NCBI GenBank assembly: GCA_963744995.1
Contig: CAVUWA010000002.1
Coordinates: forward strand, 1,056,001-1,120,000
Direction of reading: 5' to 3'
Length of the DNA stretch: 64,000 bases
DNA from: Candidatus Eiseniibacteriota bacterium
Lineage (GTDB): Bacteria > Eisenbacteria > RBG-16-71-46
Under the pieces are notes generated by a model. The model was given only the letters and a program-made list of their open reading frames with translations. It did not search any database and was not told the DNA's origin. Within the stretch, counting starts at the first letter, position 1; each line of letters opens with the position of its first letter. The position numbers and the translations under genes were made by a program. Below, piece after piece: positions 56,840 through 64,000 of this stretch.

Positions 56840-57729
56840 GCGTGCACGCGTTGGGTCGCGGCGGCTTCGGAACGCTCTTCGGCCGGCGGCCCATCCCAGA
56901 ACGGGCGGAAGATGCACCACTGATCCACGTGTTCGCGGATGTGGCGTTCGATGGTGTGCGCGACGGCGGCGTTGACCTCCTGCACGGTGGCGTGGTCGGC
57001 CGGGTCGATCGCCGGTTCGAGCACGATGCGGAAGGTGCCCGGCCCGGTGCGCTCGCAGTAGCCGCAGATGATCGGCGCGCCGGTGCGGTGCGACAGCACG
57101 CCGGGGCCGGCCGGGAACGGCGTCTCGCGACCGAAGAACTCGACCGGCACGCCGTGCCGGTACATGTCGCCGTCCACCATCAGGGCGATGAGCTCGTTGC
57201 GGTCGAGCGCGCGCAGCAGCTTGCGGAACCCGTCCTCGACCGAGACGGTGCGGATCGCGAGCTCGGTCTTGGTCTCGCGCACCGCGGGCGCGAGCCAGCG
57301 GCTGAGCTGAACCCCGGCGACCGCGTGCAGCGTGTAGCCCCAGTGGGCGACGACCACCGCGCCGAGCTCCCAGTTGCCGATGTGGCTCGATGCGAAGATC
57401 GCACCGTGGCCTTTCGCGACCGCCGCCTCCAGGTGCTCGCGTCCGACCACCTCGACCGCGTCGAGCAGCTCGGCGCGTTCCAGATGGGGGAGGCGGAAGA
57501 ACTCGAAGAGCATGTCGTTGTAGCTCCGCATCATCCGGCGCACGATGCCGGTGCGTTCGCGGCGTGAGGATCCGGGCAGGATGGCCGCCAGGTTGGCGAG
57601 GGCGGCGTGCCGGCGCGCCGGGAAGGCCCGGTAGTGAACCCCCGCAAGAACCCGCGCAAGGGCATAGCCGAGCTTCAAGGGCAGCGCGGCCACGAGCGCG
57701 GTGAGCCAGCCATACACGAGTCGAGACAT
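56836..57729 (-). CDS. Lipid acyltransferase (LpxL/PatA family)
   Basis: HIGNWE (Hx4E), LMVD, VEFFG..FPAGP, DQWCIFRPFW. Confidence 0.88.
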   Translation of the reverse strand: MSRLVYGWLTALVAALPLKLGYALARVLAGVHYRAFPARRHAALANLAAILPGSSRRERTGIVRRMMRSYNDMLFEFFRLPHLERAELLDAVEVVGREHLEAAVAKGHGAIFASSHIGNWELGAVVVAHWGYTLHAVAGVQLSRWLAPAVRETKTELAIRTVSVEDGFRKLLRALDRNELIALMVDGDMYRHGVPVEFFGRETPFPAGPGVLSHRTGAPIICGYCERTGPGTFRIVLEPAIDPADHATVQEVNAAVAHTIERHIREHVDQWCIFRPFWDGPPAEERSEAAATQRVHA

Positions 57730-57779
57730 CCTATTCCCCACTCCCGAAAGATAGGCGGCGCACTGGCCGGTTCGGGGCC

Positions 57780-57809
57780 AACTTACGGCCTCGTCAGAAA
57801 TGATGTCAA
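57780..57809 (-). promoter_or_regulatory. sigma70 promoter for the acyltransferase-GT-MFS operon
   Basis: On the minus strand, TTGACA-N18-TAAGTT. Confidence 0.65.
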
Positions 57810-57887
57810 GCATTCGGAGCATGGATCGACGCCTCGATTCCCAGCCGCATGGCTTTGTCTCGCATCGAGTTGGAGGAAAGGGCGCCG

Positions 57888-57917
57888 TTGACCCGGGCGC
57901 CGGGGCGGGGCTACCAT
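57888..57917 (+). promoter_or_regulatory. sigma70-like promoter for the hypothetical gene at 58051
   Basis: TTGACC-N18-TACCAT. Confidence 0.55.
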
Positions 57918-58050
57918 GCGCCACGGAAGCACCCCCGCAGGCACGGGCCGCGTTCCGGGATTGCCGGAGGATTGCATCATGGCGGCCGGGTGTCAGCTCG
58001 CGACCCACGGGGAGGACCGGATCGAGCCACCAGCAGAGGGAGGCGCGCCG

Positions 58051-58467
58051 ATGTCGAGTCAGAAATTGTTGCGGTGCCACATCCGCCCCAAAGGCGGCAA
58101 CGGTCCTGGCAGCGAGCGCTACATCCCGCTCGAGATCTTCGGCCTGTGGGAGTTCCTCATGACCCGCCGTCACGACTTCGAGGTGGTGGAGCCGAGCGCA
58201 TCGCTGTGGCTCGACATGGAGGACTCACCCGAGGCGGCCTATCAGGATCACCAGTACGAGCGGGTGACCGAGGTCACGGCCTACGTCTACTCCGGCCGCG
58301 ACGACATGTTCACCCGCGCCCGGCGCTACTTCGCGACGAGCGAGTGCGACCGCCTGAAGGAGATCTTCCTCGCCCACTACCGGGACGAAGGGGCGCGCCT
58401 GCAGACCCAGGTGCGCGAGCGTCCCGGAATCTGGCTGTATCGCGACGCGGCCGGGGTGTCCACCTAG
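58051..58467 (+). CDS. Hypothetical soluble protein (138 aa)
   Basis: SD GGAGG at 58039-43, strong third-position GC bias, own promoter and downstream hairpin. Confidence 0.8.
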   Translation: MSSQKLLRCHIRPKGGNGPGSERYIPLEIFGLWEFLMTRRHDFEVVEPSASLWLDMEDSPEAAYQDHQYERVTEVTAYVYSGRDDMFTRARRYFATSECDRLKEIFLAHYRDEGARLQTQVRERPGIWLYRDAAGVST

Positions 58468-58493
58468 CCGGCGCCCCGGGCCCGCCCGCTCCG

Positions 58494-58531
58494 AGCCAGG
58501 CCGTCTCCGGCGTACCGGGGGCGGCCTGGCT
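58494..58531 (+). terminator. Strong hairpin downstream of the hypothetical gene
   Basis: AGCCAGGCCG-TCTCCGG/CCGGGGG-CGGCCTGGCT stem, CGTA loop; weak U-tail. Confidence 0.55.
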
Positions 58532-58556
58532 TCGTCCATCCGCCGGCAATTCCGGG

Positions 58557-58584
58557 TCAAGGTTCCACGCCGCCACGCCGATAA
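58557..58584 (+). promoter_or_regulatory. sigma28 (FliA/SigD)-type promoter upstream of mglA
   Basis: TCAAG-N15-GCCGATAA; exact GCCGATAA -10 box at 58577-84. Confidence 0.55.
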
Positions 58585-58836
58585 GCCTCGTGACGGCAGA
58601 CGCACGGGGTTCCCGTCGCCGCGGGGCGGCAGTGCCCGCGAGGCGGAGGTCGCGTCTGTGCCACAGGATTGCGACCCCATCCGGTGCGTGAGGATTGGTT
58701 CGAGCTTCGTGCTTCAGGCATCGGTGCTGATGGACGGTTCTTTCCACCTTCAGAGTTCCCGTGGAGAAAGGGCGGCAAGGGGCTCCATGGGGTTCGGCTC
58801 TGTGACAGGGTGGGGTCGCTCAAGGAGGAGATCGCC

Positions 58837-60174
<1,338 letters not shown>

Positions 60175-60210
60175 CTTGACCGGAACTGAACCCGCGCCGC
60201 ATTCCGGCTG

Positions 60211-60239
60211 TTGACAGGAGCGGTGCGGGTTCCTAATTT
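60211..60239 (+). promoter_or_regulatory. sigma70 promoter, leaderless geometry
   Basis: TTGACA-N17-TAATTT; the ATG at 60246 sits at the expected +1. Confidence 0.65.
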
Positions 60240-60245
60240 TGAGCC

Positions 60246-60713
60246 ATGAACCCTTCGCGCTGTCTGCTGCCGGTCGCCGCCGTCCTCTCATTGCTCGCCG
60301 TTTCTCCCGCGTTCGCCCAGGGCCTCGATGCGCCCGGACTCGCGGGCTTCACGCCGCAGGTGCCGGTGAGCGCGTTCGCGCGCCCCGCCGCCTGGTTCGA
60401 CCCTTCCAGGCTGCACGTCTCGACGACGGTGAGCGTCGGTTCCGGGTTCACCGGCGCCACGGACGCCCTGCAGGTCACGACGCTCCACTACCGGTTCGGC
60501 GCACCGCTGGCGATGCAGGTGAGCCTCGGCAACCAGTGGGGCAGCGCCGGCTCGGGCAACGCGAACTTCTTCCTCGAGGGACTGGCGCTCGACTACCGCC
60601 CGAGCCCTTCGACCTCGATCCGAATCCAGTACCGCAACGTCCGCTCGCCGCTGCAGTACGGCTACGGTTACGGCGACTACGGTTACGGCCGCGGACTCTG
60701 GGGCGGCTACTAG
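60246..60713 (+). CDS. Secreted beta-strand-rich hypothetical protein with Gly/Tyr tail
   Basis: Sec signal ending AFA, alternating beta-strand pattern, C-terminal YGYGYGDYGYGRGLWGGY. Confidence 0.75.
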   Translation: MNPSRCLLPVAAVLSLLAVSPAFAQGLDAPGLAGFTPQVPVSAFARPAAWFDPSRLHVSTTVSVGSGFTGATDALQVTTLHYRFGAPLAMQVSLGNQWGSAGSGNANFFLEGLALDYRPSPSTSIRIQYRNVRSPLQYGYGYGDYGYGRGLWGGY

Positions 60714-60901
60714 GTTCTCCCTGAGAGCGCGAATGACCGCGTGGCCCGGTCGCTCGTCGCCGCGGAGTATCTGACGATCCGCCTCGCCCGCCGCTTCCTC
60801 GCGCCCTGCCCTTCACGATCTTGGACGGAATCCGGGCGCCCGGCGTCGCCGGCCCCGGCCGCGTATCCGGTCTCCGGAGTCCGGGCATGGAGCGCGCGCC
60901 G

Positions 60902-61726
60902 ATGAGCGCCCCGCCGCGCCGCCTCGCGACCGAGTTCCAGCGCCATCCCGGCGCCACCGGGCTCATCCCGTTCATCACCGCCGGATATCCGGACCTCGAC
61001 GCCTCGCTCGAGATGATGCGCGCATTCGCGCGCTCCGGCGTGCGCGCGATCGAGGTGGGGATCCCGTTCTCGGATCCGATCGCCGACGGGCCCGAAATCC
61101 AGCGGGCCTCCGAGTGGGCGCTCAGGAAGGGCGTCGGCACCACGGACGTGCTCGACCTGGTCGCCGCCTTCCGGCGCGAGGCCGAGACCCCGGTGGTGAT
61201 CATGACCTACTCGAATCCGATCATGCGGGGCGGTGTGGCGGCGTTCGCCGGGAGCGCGCGCGCGAGCGGTGTCGACGGGCTCATCGTCTCCGACCTGCCG
61301 CCGGACGAGTCGCCCGAGGCGTGGCAGGCCTTCGACGCGAACGCCCTCGACACGATCCTGCTGGTTGCGCCCACGACCGACGCGGACCGGTTGCCGCGCC
61401 TGATCGAACGGAGCCGCGGCTTCGTCTACTGTCTCGCGCGCACCGGCGTCACCGGACGTTCAGCGGGCTTCGCGGGCTCGATTCCGGACCGCGTCGCCGC
61501 GCTGCGCCGGCTGACGACCCTGCCGGTGGCGGTCGGCTTCGGCATCTCGAACGCGGACGATGCACGTGCCCTCAGGGGCGTGGTCGACGCGGTGGTCGTC
61601 GGTGCGGCGTTCATGCGCGCCGTGACCGAGAATCCGGAGTCCGGCGCGGCGGCGCGCGTGGCGGCGCTCGGCGAGACCCTCGCTGCGGCGCTGCGCGCGG
61701 ACGCGAGAGGGAACGCGCGCGCCTGA
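60902..61726 (+). CDS. trpA: Tryptophan synthase alpha chain
   Basis: PFITAGYP, IEVGIPFSDPIADGP.IQ, MTYSNP, DLPP, LVAPTT, TGVTG, VGFGIS. Start 60887 or 60902. Confidence 0.95.
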   Translation: MSAPPRRLATEFQRHPGATGLIPFITAGYPDLDASLEMMRAFARSGVRAIEVGIPFSDPIADGPEIQRASEWALRKGVGTTDVLDLVAAFRREAETPVVIMTYSNPIMRGGVAAFAGSARASGVDGLIVSDLPPDESPEAWQAFDANALDTILLVAPTTDADRLPRLIERSRGFVYCLARTGVTGRSAGFAGSIPDRVAALRRLTTLPVAVGFGISNADDARALRGVVDAVVVGAAFMRAVTENPESGAAARVAALGETLAAALRADARGNARA

Positions 61727-61897
61727 GACGTGCGGCGCGCGGAAGCCGGCTCCCCGCGACGCCGTTCGGCACGGCGCGGGACGCACGGATGGAACACACC
61801 GTGCCGGGACGACCCCGGGGCGCGGACGGTCGTGCGAGGCACGCCGCCCCGACGCGGTGACGCGCAACCTCCGGCCGGAGCCGGGGTCACGCTCGAT

Positions 61898-61954
61898 CTA
61901 GCGCCGGATCCACCAGAGCAGATCGAGAATCAGCACCATCAGGCCGATTTCCAC
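61898..61954 (-). CDS. Putative 18-aa hydrophobic peptide MEIGLMVLILDLLWWIRR
   Basis: GGAGGT SD 5 nt upstream of GTG, TAG stop; below the ORF-track size cutoff. Confidence 0.5.
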   Translation of the reverse strand: MEIGLMVLILDLLWWIRR

Positions 61955-61994
61955 GGTCCACCTCCGACTGCGAGGGGCTCGCGCTTGCGCGCGG

Positions 61995-64000
61995 TCAACC
62001 GTTCAGATCGGCCGCCCGTGGGTTGGCAGCACGGGCGGGGGAGACGGCGTCCTGTCGCCTCACCGACCGGTATCGGCCATTTTGCAATGCGGCTTGAGGG
62101 GATTCCCGCCGGGCCTGACGGCCCGCCGGGGTGAGCTGCTTCATGACCACCACGGTGATGTCGTCCAGCGGCTGGTCCGCCCAGTCGCGCACCGCCTGCA
62201 CCAGAGCCTTGAGGATGTCTCCGGCCCGCCGCGCGGCATGGTGCTCCAGCACACGGCAGACCCGCTCCACCCCGAACAGCTGGTCGCCGCGCCGCGCCTC
62301 GGTGAGCCCGTCGGTATAGACGAGCACGACGTCGCCCGCCCCGAGCGTGAGGATGGCGTCGCGATACTCGGCCCGCGGGCTCACGCCGAGCAGCACGCTG
62401 GCCTCGGTGACCTCCTCGAAGGTGCCGTCCACGCGGCGCACCAGGGGCGGCGTGAGGCCGGCATTGGCGAAGCTCACCCGCCCGGCCCGCGCCTCGCAGC
62501 GCGCACACAGCAGGCCGACGAAGTTCTCCGGATGGTCGAGCTGCACCAGCTCCTCGTTGAGCCGCTGCAGCAGCTCGTGCGGCTCCGGCTGGAGCCGTGC
62601 CTCGCTGCGGAAGCGCGCCTGGACGCCGGCCAGCGTGAGCGCCGCGGGAACGCCGTGACCCCGTGCGTCCCCGACCGCCAGCGTGAAGGTGCGCTCGCTG
62701 CCCTCGACGAAGTCGTAGTAGTCGCCGCCCACCGGCTCGCAGGCGAGCGCCGCCGCCGCGCAGTCGAGCGTGGGGTAGACCGGCACCCGCCGCGGCAGGT
62801 AGTGCGACTGGATGCGCCCCGCCTCACGCAGCTCCCGATCGAACGCGGTGTGCGAACTCGCCGCGTGGCGCAGCTCCGCATTCTCGAGCGCGACCTCGAG
62901 GTGCGCCGCGCTGGCTTCGAGGTCCACCAGCTCGCGCGTGCTGAACCAGGGCCCGGCGAGCCGGTTGCCGAGCATCAGTAACGCACGCCACCCGCCGCGG
63001 CCGACCGGCAGGACCCAGCGCACGCCGGCCGCCTCGAGCGCCCGGCGCCCGGGCCGCGCGAGCGGCAGCTCGTCCACCTGGACGGGCGCGCGCGGCGGCA
63101 GCTCCGCCTCGATCAGCCCGGGCCCGGGCGGGGCGTTCGCGCGGGCGCCGCACGAGGCGACCAGCCGCGCCGCGCCCTCCCTCACCAGCCATGCGGTGCA
63201 GCCGTCGAGAGCGAACGTGCGGGACCACATCGCACACGCATCGCCCAGCAGGCCGGCGGCACGGTCGCTGTCCGCCTCGGCGTCGATCGTGACCTCCGGC
63301 GGGAGGGCCCGCGGCCGCTCGAGGCGGTCGTGGCCGATGCTGCGCAGCCACGGATGCGCGGGACCGACCAGCGCCGCCGCGAGCGCGATGAACGCCAGCG
63401 AGCCGCCGGCGAGGCTGCCGCCGAGGTCGGGCCACAGCCGGCCCGCGAGCCACTCGCTGCCGAAGTACGCGAGCACGCCCGCGGCGGCCAGCACCAGCAC
63501 CAGCACGCCCGAGCGTACGGCGACGCGGAAATCGAAGATGCGGTGGACGACCGCGGCCCACGCGAACGACGCCGGCACCAGCAGGGTGAGTGCGACCGCC
63601 CAGCGCTCACCCGGGAACTCGACCTCGGGGAACAGGTTGCGCACCACGATCAGGGCGGCGAGCGGGCCGACGCCGAGCGCGGTGCCGGCCAGCACGACGC
63701 GCAGCCGGCGCCGGGTATCGGGCGAGGCCGCGCGCAGATAGGACCGCGTGAACAGCGCGAGTGCGAGCAGGAGGCCGATCGCGAACCACAGCGAGGCCGC
63801 GATCTGCAGCAGCTCCTGGATCGTCTGCACGCCGCCGGCTGCGAGCGACTCCAGAACGATGGTGCCGATCGAGCCCAGGAACAGCGCCGCCGCCACGAGG
63901 TAGCCGGCCGAGACCCACGCACCGAGCCGGCCGCGGGCCTGGCGCGACTCGGGGAACAGGGCGAAGAAGTGGATGAACAGCGCCGGCAGCAGCACCGAGG
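61995..64000 (-). CDS. Membrane-anchored SpoIIE/RsbU-type PP2C phosphatase (5' end outside the window)
   Basis: ELREAGRIQ, VGGDYYD, VGDARGHG, NAG, YTDGLTE, DDIT; TM helices and a GAF-like region N-terminally. Confidence 0.9.
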   Translation of the reverse strand, partial: SVLLPALFIHFFALFPESRQARGRLGAWVSAGYLVAAALFLGSIGTIVLESLAAGGVQTIQELLQIAASLWFAIGLLLALALFTRSYLRAASPDTRRRLRVVLAGTALGVGPLAALIVVRNLFPEVEFPGERWAVALTLLVPASFAWAAVVHRIFDFRVAVRSGVLVLVLAAAGVLAYFGSEWLAGRLWPDLGGSLAGGSLAFIALAAALVGPAHPWLRSIGHDRLERPRALPPEVTIDAEADSDRAAGLLGDACAMWSRTFALDGCTAWLVREGAARLVASCGARANAPPGPGLIEAELPPRAPVQVDELPLARPGRRALEAAGVRWVLPVGRGGWRALLMLGNRLAGPWFSTRELVDLEASAAHLEVALENAELRHAASSHTAFDRELREAGRIQSHYLPRRVPVYPTLDCAAAALACEPVGGDYYDFVEGSERTFTLAVGDARGHGVPAALTLAGVQARFRSEARLQPEPHELLQRLNEELVQLDHPENFVGLLCARCEARAGRVSFANAGLTPPLVRRVDGTFEEVTEASVLLGVSPRAEYRDAILTLGAGDVVLVYTDGLTEARRGDQLFGVERVCRVLEHHAARRAGDILKALVQAVRDWADQPLDDITVVVMKQLTPAGRQARRESPQAALQNGRYRSVRRQDAVSPARAANPRAADLNG

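Noticed and set aside
57916..58050. ORF-track start at 57916 for the hypothetical protein
   Set aside because: That ATG overlaps the predicted -10 box (TACCAT). ATG 58051 has a clear GGAGG SD.
58590..58830. Cobalamin, c-di-GMP-I, SRP or 6S identity for the mglA leader
   Set aside because: I could not find the B12 box, the GEMM GGCAAA/GACGCAAAG elements or the SRP GGAA-loop motif. It is kept only as an unclassified structured leader.
60733..60774. uORF MTAWPGRSSPRSI upstream of trpA as a Trp attenuator peptide
   Set aside because: Only one Trp codon, a weak SD and no U-tailed terminator downstream; compatible with chance.

Overview
A very GC-rich (roughly 70% by eye) bacterial chromosomal segment. 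The taxon is inferred, not proven, to be FCB superphylum (Ca. Eisenbacteria-like) from the FlgD-Ig/T9SS-type C-terminal domain of a PorZ-like protein and the FtsZ tail DVPTFLRKQMD. 1-31.2 kb: a single-strand, mostly translationally coupled run of 25 genes. It starts with nusB and a metallophosphoesterase and continues into a cell-surface glycosylation locus: four GT-C-type membrane glycosyltransferases including a DUF2723/TMEM260-like enzyme, two polyprenyl-phosphate sugar synthases, HddA/HddC-like heptose enzymes, Wzx, an AsnB-type amidotransferase, a GNAT protein, many soluble GTs and an embedded PorZ-like beta-propeller protein. 31.3-48.3 kb: the dcw cluster (mraZ-[STAS]-rsmH-ftsL-ftsI-murE-murF-mraY-murD-ftsW-murG-murC-ftsQ-ftsA-ftsZ) with a clear sigma70 promoter and MraZ boxes, an unusual STAS gene inserted after mraZ, and no murB or ddl. 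48.5-64 kb: a TPR protein, a decayed HNH remnant, frameshifted recG, cytochrome c, a Zn-ribbon protein, an acyltransferase/PimA-like GT/MFS operon, a hypothetical protein, orphan mglA behind a sigma28-like promoter and structured leader, a secreted protein, orphan trpA, an 18-aa peptide ORF and a partial SpoIIE/PP2C phosphatase. Best candidates for something new: a PorZ-linked glycan-anchor/protein-glycosylation system, the STAS insertion in dcw, repeated 'relay' mini-ORFs that bridge operon gaps, and the mglA leader RNA. I saw no rRNA, tRNA or CRISPR array. All family assignments come from motif recognition by eye, without database searches. Start codons were re-chosen by hand where the ORF track over-extends.
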